DNA from: Sphyrna mokarran
Lineage: Eukaryota
Assembly (NCBI GenBank): GCA_024679065.1
Contig: JAGIQG010000009.1
Coordinates: 58,838,001 to 58,902,000, forward strand
DNA: 64,000 nucleotides
Direction: 5' to 3'
Shown: positions 49,488 through 61,017 of the stretch, piece after piece
Layout of the letters: each line of letters starts with the position of its first letter
Numbering within the stretch: position 1 is the first letter of the stretch
The notes under the pieces: generated by a model
Database searches by the model: none
The model's input: the letters and a program-made list of their open reading frames with translations, nothing else
What the model was told of the DNA's origin: nothing
Position numbers and translations under genes: made by a program

Positions 49488-50469
49488 TCTTAAGAGCAAA
49501 CTGCAAGCTCCTCCCTTCCTTGTCTTATCCTCTAATCTTGCCGTTATCTCTCCAGAATGTTTCCAATGCTACTGAAACGCAATTCACTCCAGCATCTTAC
49601 ACAAGTGGCCATTCATGTATTTGAATCTGAATGTTGAGTCTCTAATGGTTATGTGACCATTGAGAACATCAGGACTGAACTAGAACCTGTAAGTAGGGGA
49701 ATTTTCCAGCAGAGGTCACTGGAGAGTAACAATGGAAGCCCCGAGTGATTTTTCTCATCTACTCATAGAAGAGGGTTCAAACGTGGGACATCTGTGGTCT
49801 ATACAACCCATCAAGTGGTCCCCTTACAAAACAGAAAGAAATAAATCTGTCAAATCATCACGGCTCCCTTCCACATTGTTCTGGAAATTGAGTATCCTCG
49901 ATTCCATTATTATATCATATCCTTTCGCTCAAAATAAAACTAGACATTTCCCCTCTCTCACACACTGACATTGTTAAATCTTTCAATTTTTACTCTGACC
50001 CTTTTTATAAGCTTCTTGCTATGTTGAAAACCATTGCCCTACCTCTACGCACTCCGTTACTTCGAAATCTTTGAATGGTTACACCCTCTCAAATACCCTT
50101 TCAGATTCCATGTACATGTGCCAATTTATCCAGTGATCTGGTTTCTAGGAAGTGCAATAGTGTGGCAGGTGCTGATTATCTTTCCTTGGTCTGATTTAAC
50201 TGAAGCTGCACTGTTAAGTGCTAAGTACTCAGATGTCTCGAAAACAGCCAGTAACTGGACAAAGTGAATATAAATTCAATGACTGTATCCATAACATATC
50301 AGTCTGCTGTGCTAATGCCTCAATGAGAAAAATTTTTGATCCATCGAAGCTCTGTTCCCCCACCTTTTACTCGACATTTCATCCACCCCCCCCCCCCACC
50401 AAAAAATAAAGTTTGTGCCAACTTTGGGAGCAAACAATAATTAAGATTATTAACAGTGTTAACTGTGAT

Positions 50470-51330
50470 TCAGTGCACAGCATTCTCACCTCTCAAATCA
50501 GAGGCTGAGGTCAAGCTCCACCCCAAACTTGAGTACTGGAAGAAAACCATAGCTGATGTTCCAGTTCATTGCAGAAGAGTTCTGCATTGCTAGCCGTTGA
50601 ATTGAGGTCTGGCCTGCAGGCGCTCCCAGTACGAAAGCATTATTCCTAATCATTTCCTTTGAATCTTGACTTCATCTATTAAACAATGCAATGGGGAGGA
50701 AAGTTGTCAAGGGTGGAATACGAATCATCCACAGCTCAAAATTAACCAAGATTGCTTCCTACATATTGAGACAATGAGAAAAGATCCATGGAATTAATCT
50801 GAAGAGCAGCAGGGCAGTTCTCCCTTGTGTCCTGGCCAATTGGTAATCATGATGTAGAGATGCCGGCGTTGGACTGGGATAAACACAGTAAGAGATGCAA
50901 GAAAGCAGACAAGATACCAAAGGGACTACAGATCATCTTACTGCGTTTACTGCGTAGTAGTCTCTACATCATGACTACTATCAACACCGCATACTGCCGG
51001 ATCCAAGTGAAGAGGATCTCCAAGAAGATTGCACATATTGACACAGACATCAAGTTTCTACAGAGATGCAAGAAAGCAGACAAGATACTAAAGGGACTAC
51101 AGATCACGAACCCACTCAGGTCAACCTATAACACAGACTACGCTGAGAGACTTTGCCATCGCAATTGGTAATCCACAATCAAGATCACAAAAAAAATCAT
51201 CTGCTCACTGTTGTTTGAGAGAGCTTTCTGTGCGAAAATAGGCTGTTGGATTGCAAGAGTACTTCATCGACTGAAGCATATTTGGGATATCTGGTGACCA
51301 TAAAAGATGGCATATGAAACACAAGTCTTT
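50470..51330 (+). mobile_element. Deu-domain SINE interrupted by a Penelope insertion
   Basis: aaaagatccatgg..gaagagcagcagggcagttctcccttgtgtcctggccaat Deu-like core; resumes after 51173 to tail atatgaaacacaagtcttt. Confidence 0.6.
50849..51161 (+). mobile_element. Penelope-like element fragment (inverted pLTR piece plus ORF start) flanked by 12-bp TSD
   Basis: CAATTGGTAATC at 50837-50848 and 51162-51173. ORF start MTTINTAYCRIQVKRISKKIAHIDTDIKFLQRCKKADKILKGL has the PLE N-terminal FL..C....IPKGL pattern. Confidence 0.8.
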
Positions 51331-52018
51331 TCAGTACAAGCACAAGCTACACGCCTTAAGCGCAAACCTTGAATTTCCACCATTGAGCTTCCCAATGTAT
51401 TTCAGCAGTATCATTACTTTACTGATCCACTGCTAGGAAGTGCGTATGTAAAAATGGCAGATCAACGCAAGATTGGACGCTAGCTGTGATGACTGCATCA
51501 GTCAAATTGCCCACTGATATGAACGATTGTTTGGATGAGGTATAAACGATTTGCCATAAAAACAAGCACCCTTAGCAGAGAAAAGCTGGAGAAGGAGACT
51601 CCCACATGAATTTCCAATGGTCTTTCCAGCACAAATTGGCAGGTTTACTTGGGACTTCAGAGAGGCAGTGTCATATTTTTACACTGAAATAATTTGAAGT
51701 TGTTGCTAACCAAGTTACTGATATCCAATACCCTTATATTTCACACAAAAGGAAAGTCAATTGCGCTAAAAAGAAAAAACATCCTTTGCTGGCAGCGTAA
51801 TTTCACAACTGGGAGACAGAGTTGTTCCTCAATTGATTTTTATTAAATAAAACTGTAAGCTGGTCGCCAGCATTTTTTTTCATATAAAAAAGGGATGTGG
51901 TAAAAGCATTATGATTTGTCTCCAAATCTATACCATTTTGATCCATAAGTTCATTATTTAGAGGGAGTTATATTTACAACATGAATTCTTCAATCAGTTT
52001 CAATGGATTTGACTCACT

Positions 52019-52144
52019 AGGTGGGATTTCCTGGCCTTGCTCATCCCAAAAGCGTAAAATTCCACCTAAGGTCAATAGACCTTCCCATGCCCCATCCCTC
52101 ACTTGCTCCAATTCCCATGGCGGGTGGGCCATAAAATTCCAGCT
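52019..52144. mobile_element. Short non-autonomous DNA-transposon-like element (MITE), degraded
   Basis: Imperfect terminal inverted repeats ggtgggatttc / aaaattccagc around about 125 bp. Confidence 0.45.
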
Positions 52145-52419
52145 TTTTTTTTGCCTTTTGTAAAATTCCTGTTTGGTTTAAAGGAGTGAGTGAATGCCAA
52201 AAATTTCTTTAAAAGACATTCAGACCCAAGTGAGCAAAACCAACTCACGGATTAATCACCAGAAACATCAACACGATCTGCAGAAACCCAGAAATAAAAA
52301 CCCTAATGCATTAAGATTTGATGGTGCTGATGGAAGAGAATGACCAAAAGTGTAACTATTTATGGTGTGGCAGGGTTGGGGGAAACAAGCTGTTTTCCTT
52401 TATTCTTCTATGGAATATA

Positions 52420-52770
52420 GGTGTCGTCGAGAAACCTGGAATGTGTTGCTCATTCCTAATTGCCCTTGAAGTGAACATTTCAGAGGGCTGTTATGAATCA
52501 AACACATCGCTGTGGCTTTGGAATCACATATAGGTCAGATTGGGTAAGGACAACAGATTTCCTTCCTTAACAGACATTAGTGAACCTGATGTGTCATTAC
52601 AACAGTTTCATAGTGACCATGAAACTGAGGCTAACTTTATATTTCAGGTTTATGAATTTAATTTCCATCAGCTACCATGTGGGATTTGAATCCCTGTCCT
52701 CAGAGCATTAGTCTGGTCCTCTGGATTACTAGTCCAGTGACATTACAACTTTGTCATCATCTCCTCCAAA
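52420..52770 (-). mobile_element. tRNA-derived SINE with CR1-clade tail
   Basis: Minus head tgtaatgtcactggactagtaatccagagg...gggattcaaatccc; tail shared with 4310-4500 family; partial copy at about 18170-18330. Confidence 0.7.
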
Positions 52771-53409
52771 AGGACTAATACAATTTCTAGAATGATGTAG
52801 TGAGTTGGCAAGGAAGAGGAGGGAGATTTACCAATTTCAAAACAAAAGCGAGGATGGTGGAGAATAGAACATTTTCCTCATTCTTTCAACCAAGTTCAGT
52901 GAATGCATACTTGAACTATCACCACAGCCAAAATCAATAACTAATTATTTATAATATCATAACTCTAATCATAGCAGCTACAATGTTAAGATAACATGCA
53001 TTCAACTTTATCTTGATTTAGTGGGTACCATTTAGTTCATGGGAAATTCCTCCACTTCATTTATTAAAAAAAATCTACACAAGAAGTTTGGAGACTTCCT
53101 TGACGACCCTGCAAAGTTTTCACACAGAGAGATAGTAAGATCACAAATACTGCAGATTTCTTAGCTGTTAGGTACATTACACATAGTATGGAACCATACC
53201 AATTTACACCTGCCCCAAATCAATCCCTAGCCTCTGTTCAATGAGCTAGTTGCAATGGGTGGAGGCTGAATTGGTATAATTTGCCTCAATGGTCAAGGGA
53301 GTTAAGAACATCAAATCCCTTAATTACTAACTTTTACAATATTGAGGGGGATTAGCACTGTTTCTCAGATGGTCAAAAGTCTGACAATACTATCAGTATC
53401 AGTATGAAA

Positions 53410-54730
53410 TCATAGAGTCATAGAGCTTTAATGCATGAGAACATGCCCTTCAGTTTAACTTGTCCATGCTGCCTTTTTTAAAGCCTCTAAACTAATCCCA
53501 ATTGCCCAAATTTGGCCCATATCCCTCTATATCCATCATACCCATGTAACAAACTAAATGCTTTTTAGAATATAAAATTGTACCTGCCTCTCTCTGGCAG
53601 CTTGTTCCAGACACTCACCACCTTCTGTGAAAAAATTGCCCTTCTGGACACTTTTGCCCCTCTCACCTCAAACCTTTGCCCTCTGGTTTTAAACTCTCCT
53701 ACCTTTGGGAAAAGATCATGACTATCTACCTTGTCAATGCCCCTCATTATTTTATAGACCTCTATAAGGTCGCCCCTCAACTTCCTACTCTCCAGAGAAA
53801 AAAGTCCCAGTATTCAGCCTCCCCTTATAACTCAATCCATCTAGTCCCAGAAGGATCCTAGTAAATCTTCCCAGCTTAATAATATCCTTTCAATAACAGG
53901 ATGACCAGAATTGCACATAGTATTCCAAGTGTGGCCTTACCAATGTCTTCTACAACTTCAACAAGATGTCCCAACTCCTGTACTCGATCTTCTGACCGAT
54001 GAAACCAAGCATACCAAATGCTTTCTTCACCACTCTGTCTACCTATGACTCCACTCTCAAGGAGCAATTTATATGTACCTCTAGATCTCCTTGTTCTATA
54101 ATTCTCTCCAACGCCTTACCATTAACTAAATCCTGCCCGGGTTTAATCTAACAAAATGCATGACTTCGCATTTGTCTAAATTAAACTCCATCTGTCATAT
54201 GTCAGTCCACTGACCCAATTGATCAAGATCTTGGCCTCATCTGCAAATTTACTAACCATACCTCCTATATTCTCATCCAAATCATTGATATAAATGACAA
54301 ATAGAGGTGGACCCAGCACTGATCCCTGAGACACACCGCTGGTCACAGGCCTCCAGTTTGAAAAACAACTCTCTACAACCACCTTCTGTCAAGAAGGCAA
54401 TTTTGTATCCATTTAGATACTTCAGCCTGGATCCCGAGAGATTTAACTTTATGCAACAACTTATCGTGCAGTACCTTGTCAAAGGCTTTTCTAAAGTCCA
54501 TGTAGAAAACATCAACTGCACTGCCCTCATCCACCTTTTTGGTTATCCCTTCAAAAAACTCAAATTTGTGAGACATGATTTTCCACTCACAGAACCAGCT
54601 GACTGTCCGTAATCAGTCCTTGCATCTCTAAATGCCTGTAGATTTTGTTTCTCAAAATATCTTCCAACAATTTACCCACCACAGATATGAGGCTCACTGG
54701 CCTGTAGTTCCCAGGCTTTTCCCTGCAGCT
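53410..54730 (-). mobile_element. CR1/HER1 LINE ORF2 RT fragment with 3' tail
   Basis: ORFs show [60 protein letters not shown]. Confidence 0.95.
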
Positions 54731-57529
54731 CTTTGTCTGGTCATTTTGAAATGGTTCAAATGGTTCCTCCACTACAGGGTGCTAATTTCAACCAGAATCT
54801 CCAGCTGGGGAGGAATATAATACAACACTCAACTTCACATTTAGCCAGAACGAAATTTCCACTTGGAGCTCCATCACTCCCCATACCTTGGCATCTACCA
54901 CTGTAAGGGATACAGCATTGATGAACCAATAAGTCAGTGAGACAGAAACAAGTTCCCACATTGCCCTCAAATGGACTTCCAGAAATTGAGGGGCACACGC
55001 AGGAAGTCTCCTATCTTTTGCATCCTCATTTCTAACCCAAGGAAGTGTGGCTAATATAGCTTCCCCACCACCTAATGTGGTCGAGAGTCAGTACAGACAA
55101 TGTAAAGTCAACAACTTTGAAGTCTGTATGGTTTACTATTACTCCACGAATCATATTTGCTCAGTGACCCCCCCCCCCCCTCAATGGAGTGAGTAGAATG
55201 TTTTTAAAGTGGATTTCAGGAGGTGAACATATCTAAATATCTCTTTCTACTTTTCTGTTTGTGGCCTGCTTTCAGTCATTGCTAAGCATTTCTTTGCTAA
55301 CTGGCTTTGTCCCTCCATTCTTGCCTGAGAAACTGCTTTCACTTGTATGTTCAGTCACTCCTTATTAAAACTAGACGTTTTTAGAAGGCTCCATTTTAGC
55401 AGACTACCCATCCCCCATTACTTCCTCTCAGTGACTTGCAAGAGCTACGATAATCTCCAGCTGGGTCACACATGCCCTCCATAGCTTAGAGGCAATAAAG
55501 AGAGAAACCGCCTCTTGTATGAAGAATGAAACTAACCAACACTACCTTTAAACCAGTTTGCATTCACAAATGTAAAACGTTTCTCAAAAGTTACAGTTCT
55601 GTTAGGTAGGTTAATAACATTAAAAACTAACAGGAAATTACTGCATCATTTTTCCTTTGCCTTCCCTTTGCAATCTTACAAAGCAGCCAGTACTCAGGCC
55701 ATTAAATATTAAACACACTTCAGGAGATTGCAGCAGATACTGGAGGTAGAATTCCCAACTGGTCAGACAGCGCATTGCCAAAAAGACAAAATATAGGCTT
55801 GTACATTAGCAAACGCAATTCAATAATCAAGCATCGCAAAGTTTTGATTCCTTCTGTGAACTGTCATTTTATTTTTCCAATGAATATATTTGAACTTGTT
55901 AGGGTAAATATCAATTTCACTATTCATTCTAATAGCAAACAGCAAGATATTGGCAAAGAAAATACATGCATAACAGAAAAGAAATCTTTAAAGTATGGAA
56001 GACGTGATTGGGAGAAATATAGGATGACTTTAAACAGCCCAAAGTGTCAGAAGAGTGTAATTAAATAAACAGCGCCAATAATCATATAAATTCAGAGCAA
56101 GGGTAGCATATGATTGAGAAATTTCTGTCAATACAGGCTAATTTCAATTTGTCCTCCACTAAAGGTACACATTGCAATGCAACTCCAAGTGCACCATAAT
56201 ATTAGGGAAATGACAATTCCTGACTTTATAATGAGTTGTGGCAGCTATCCAATATTGAAAGAAATGGGGTAAGGCATGGGTATGGTAGAGGAGGAGGAGA
56301 AATTATAGCCAATGCCAAACATACCCTCACTGTTTGTTTGTTTTTAATTCCAATTCAATCAAATCAATTCCAATTCAGAGTCTCAATAAGTTGAAACATT
56401 CCTGATCCGGGCTGACAAGTCAGTGCTCTCACCCCCTGTCTTGGGCTTGATCTACATGATCCAAGTTGATTGGAGTAGGCATAACTCCTCCTCCAAAAGG
56501 CCAAGATGCTACTTTTAAAAATTGGTTCAAGTGAAGCTAAAATTTAACCTGACCATACATGTATACTTTTATAGCAAATTTTACTGGACAGTAAGGATCA
56601 AGAATTTTTTTCCCTCCCTTATTACAAGAATATGCAAGTCAACTGTTCCATTGCTATGACAACTGGTAGTTCAGCAAAAACAGTTTATTAATTATTGTTG
56701 AAAACCATCAGAAAAAACAATGGACTTACTTTTTTCTTAAAATATAAAAAAGTTAGGCTGTTTTCCAGAGATTACATGACTCCTACTGGAAAGGAACAAT
56801 AGACAGCACTATTCATTGTTACACCATGACTATTTGTGACAAGCTTGACAGATCAGTTGTCTTTTCCTATTCACCTTTTCATATGTCTAGATACAGAAAT
56901 AGCTTAATCAAGTCTCCCAAATACATGGAGTTGAGGTGCACTTCCAAATAAAATCCAAGATTTGCCCAAGTACTCCACGTAATTTGCTTATTCATAGTGT
57001 GCGCAAGACACTAGATTGATAGCCTTATGGGGAAGGGGGGATAAAATCAATAGAAGTACTACAATTAGAGTGGCCAGGCTTCATGCCGCTCATTGCAACA
57101 TATAAACAGAATCCTTACATTGGAGAGAAAGGCCATTTGGCCCAGTCTCCACCATCTCTCAAAGACCATCCTACCTAGACTCTCCCCTCTACCCTATCCC
57201 TGTAAATCACAACCTGCTCAACATAGTCCTCAAGACCAACATACTACCCATCTGTCTAATGCAGCAATTGGGACATGCACTGCAGCAATTCAAAGGACCA
57301 TCTTTAGACACACTGATGAGATTATTGGAATAAAACCCCAAAAACATTGGAAATACAGGCTGCATCTGTAGCATGGTTGTTCATCAGGTTATTGTTAACA
57401 TTCTTTCTCCACAGATACTACTTGGTCTGTAGAATATTTCTCATTTTTTTTCTTTTATTTTGGCAGCTATAAGATTGGTCATTAGTTTCTGACACTGTTC
57501 ATCAACACCACTATCGTTCCCCATTTTGT

Positions 57530-58250
57530 TAGTTCTGTTGAGAGGGCTTTAAATTAACAAGGCAGGGGGTGTGAGAACCAACAGAAAATATTGAGGAATA
57601 CAAAGCTGCAAAAAAAATTGCAAAAAATATTGAAACAGAGAATACAAAGGAGACAGGGAGAAAGTAATGACATCTAAATCAGGATTACCTTGAGTACACG
57701 TGAATGCACAGAGTATACTAACTAAGATTGTGGAATTACAGGTGCAGATTGCAATGTGGAAACATGATGTTGTGCAATAACAGAGACTCGACTCAAGGAA
57801 TGCCAGACAGAGTGTTAAACATTCTGGGGTACTAGTGTTCAGAAAAGATTGGAAAGGAGAAGGCGTGGCGCCATTAGTTAAGGAGCTAAAGAAAGCTGTT
57901 GTAGACGGTTAATTGACAGAATTAATTTGGTTTGATCTAAGAAACAAAAACATTACATTGCTCAGTGTAATCTATAACCAACTAATGAAAAGGATGTAGA
58001 AGAATAAATCTGCAGGAGAGATACAAACATTACAGAGAGATACAAACATTATACAATAGTTATGATAAGGGACTTCAATTACCCAAACGTAGACTGGGAC
58101 AGTGGTAGTGTAAAAGGGAAGGGGACAAAAATTCTTCAAGGGATGCAGGAACAAAGGGATTTGGATGCATACGTGCATTGCTCATTGAGCAGGTTGAGAG
58201 AGCAATTGATAAACAGGATAACCTGGGCTTTATTAATTGGAGCAATAGAG
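57530..58250 (+). mobile_element. CR1 ORF2 apurinic endonuclease region, degraded and internally deleted
   Basis: NAQS..KIVELQVQI..DVV..ITETRL, GVAPLVKE and IRDFNYPNVDW (GDFN motif) in order. Confidence 0.8.
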
Positions 58251-59339
58251 TGCAATGTGCAGAGTTTAGGCAAAAGTTAGGAAAATGGGACCATGTCATA
58301 ATGCTCATGTGAAGAAGTGTTGCAGCCGAACAGGTCCTTCTGTGCCACGACAATTGTGATTTTCCCACCTCCAGCCAGAGCTGCTTTTGAGAATTCAACA
58401 CGAATACCATCTGCAACTGGGTGCCTTCGCATTATGTAGAAATTGTTACATGGAACATGCCATTTGGCCAAACAAGTCCTTCAGTTATTTGTCCTCCATG
58501 AATGGTATTCTTAACTCCAAATGCCACTCTGTTCCCATATTCTTTTATTCCCCTTTAACCACCCACCTAACTAATCTTAAATCACCGACATTGGCAGAAT
58601 TAGGTGACTGAAGCAGAAACAATGTGTTCTACGGTCTTACAGCTGTGTAAGTGTTCACGTTCAAAATCTGAAATTCACACTCTCTTGTTTCAGGCCTTAC
58701 AAAGTGCTGGAAAGAGTCTGTTCCTGTTACTCAGGCCCATACTTCATCATTTTAAACAATGCTTTCAAATCAACCTTTAAATTCCCTGTCCAAGTCACCC
58801 TTTGTGTTTGTACTTCATACTGTATAGTAGCCTAGTGATCCTGCATAGTATCCTCCTCACTGCTTCAACATTTTTCCTATTAAGTAGAGGTCAACATTAC
58901 ACAAAAAAATTCAACTGGAGTTGCCCTATGCTGTATAGATAGTTGGCACAGTGCAGAGCCACTTCCTCCTGAGTCCTTCGCAATGTCTGCACCAGTTTTC
59001 CCAATCTTCCTCCTTGTGATTGCACATTCCATTGGTTGCTCTCAATTTGCAGACAAGATTTTTGAGTCTACTGTATTGCATTTGAGTTGATTCCTGGTTG
59101 GTGATGGCACAGGGGCAAGTAACAGCCAAGCTTTAGATCATAAACTGCAGACACTCCGATGGATTGGCTCTTGGCTGGAAGAGCAAGAAGCTGCTGCTGC
59201 TGAGAGCAAGTTCCAATGTCTTGGCAGGTCCCAGTTTACAATTCCTGAGGATGGGAGTAAAGGGCACTCACTACTTGCTGCTATGTCTGTTACCAATACA
59301 CCTGGTAATTTTCTATGCAGCCTAACAGAACTAAAACAG

Positions 59340-59724
59340 GCTCCTTCTGTTGTTTGTGATGACTGGATTGTGGGTTTGGTTTTGAAGTGGATTGTTAGGA
59401 TGCATTTATAATTTGGATCCACTCAATTTCTACATGCAGTTCATGTGCACAGTACTCAATTACGGGAAGTGCTCAGCTCGCAAAATCCCAGCCGCTAGAT
59501 CAGCTGTTTTTTTCAAACCGTGAAACTGCCAGTTGGATTTTATAAGCTGGATCTTCACATTTACAGAGCTCAGCTGGAGAATTGTAATTCATATTAAGAA
59601 ATACTATGTACATGGACTGGATGTAGAAACTGGTAGATCCAAATTATAAATGCGCCTCAAGCAATTCATTTTAAATCCAACCCCAAGTTGGAGTTACTGC
59701 ATCCCTCATAACAACAGAAGGAGC
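59340..59724. repeat. Long imperfect inverted repeat (fold-back / MITE-like)
   Basis: Perfect 15-bp arm pair (59340-59354 / 59710-59724), perfect 18-bp arm pair (59402-59419 / 59636-59653), plus a 24/28 inner arm. Confidence 0.85.
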
Positions 59725-59984
59725 TTTACAGATTTGCCCTGAGGAGAGTAAGATAACACCGAATAACGAAACTCAGGGAGGGGTGGGGGGGGGGGGAGCA
59801 TAGCAACCATTTCTTGCAGCGAAAGTCAGGGCTCAATTTCTTTAGCATTAATGCAAATTTTACCAAATATTTCAGCCGTTAAAAGTAATACTGAAAGAAT
59901 TTTTTTGGGGGGGAAACAAAGAATGATGTAAAAATAGAGATGTTGCTAAAATCTAGCAATAATCCTTAGAAAAAGACAGTCAGT

Positions 59985-60575
59985 TGGTTTGGCAGCCGAT
60001 CCATCACTAAGCACCCACGCTTTTCACCACCAGCATATCATGCAGTCAATGGTCCTACCAAGCAGCATGGGTACATGCCCATGCAGCAATCTGGAATGTG
60101 CCATGTCATGCAACAAACTGGTCACACAAAAGAAGTCTATATATAATGCGCACATGCACAGTTGTGCACTTTAAAGGAACCTCGTAATGCAATAACTAAG
60201 CCATGCACAAAAATAAATTAGAAGGAATATTGGCTGCAGCGTGTACAACCTAAAGAAAGCAATGTGCAACTTGCCAAGGCTTATTCAACAGCATCAGGCA
60301 AACCTGCAATCTCCACTGTCTGGAAGAACAAGGCTATCCAGGTAACAGAAACATCAACTCCATGCTTTCCAACATCACACAAACCATCCTAACCCTGAAC
60401 ATACATCACCACTGCTTCACAATCACCAAGTAAAATCTTGTAATTCCCTTCCTAATAGCATTGTGAAAGTACTTTCACCACATGGACTGCAGCAGTTCAA
60501 GTTGAATGCTCATCAACTTCAATGGCAACATAAGCTGACCTTGCACATGACACACATATCCTGAGAAAATCTTCA
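59985..60575 (+). mobile_element. Old CR1-clade 3' fragment (same family as 43120-43965), interrupted by a MITE
   Basis: Colinear with 43550-43960 on both sides of 60047-60232. Confidence 0.7.
60047..60232. mobile_element. hAT-like MITE
   Basis: Degenerate TIRs CAATGGTCCTACCAA / TTAGAAGGAATATTG; degenerate 8-bp TSD catgcagt (60039-60046) / gctgcagc (60233-60240). Confidence 0.6.
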
Positions 60576-60861
60576 AAAAAGTATTTTTATTGAATTTTCA
60601 CAATTTCCTACCCATTATATAATATTTCTATGTGAAACGCTGGAATATTAGAAGCTTTACTATAAATGACTTATTTCCTTTTCTCCCCTTCTCCATATTT
60701 TTGCAAAGTAAATATGCCAGTTCTACCAACCGTATTCCAAATTCCTTGAGGAATAAAAAAATCTATTTGGATGATATTGGGGTGGGTTCAAACTTTCTTT
60801 CCCTTTCAGAATTTGAAAATGAAATCCCTTCCCAAAAAAGCTGTTAAAAAATCAGCAATGT

Positions 60862-61017
60862 TAGAACATAGAACATTACAGCACAGAACAGGCCCTTCGG
60901 CCTTCGATGTTGTGCCGACCAAAATAAAAAGCAATGCCCCTCCAAACTAAACCATTCCCTTCTCTTCCATATACTTATCAATTAACCTCTTAAACGCCAC
61001 CAAACTTGGCGCATCTA
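60862..61017 (-). mobile_element. Young 5'-truncated CR1 3' end with TSD
   Basis: Reverse complement of 28775-28930 with 4 mismatches in 156 nt; AATGTTA direct repeat at 60857-60863 and 61018-61024. Confidence 0.92.

Noticed and set aside
50827-51171. 114-aa ORF with an internal peptide repeat
   Set aside because: Explained by the rearranged Penelope fragment and its 45-nt duplication.
57313-57340. CTGATGAgattattggaatAAAAC hammerhead-like string
   Set aside because: No GAAA box, weak stem II, and no convincing stems I and III.
58016-58051. 17-bp direct repeat gagagatacaaacatta x2
   Set aside because: Local tandem duplication inside a dead CR1; only two units, not an array.
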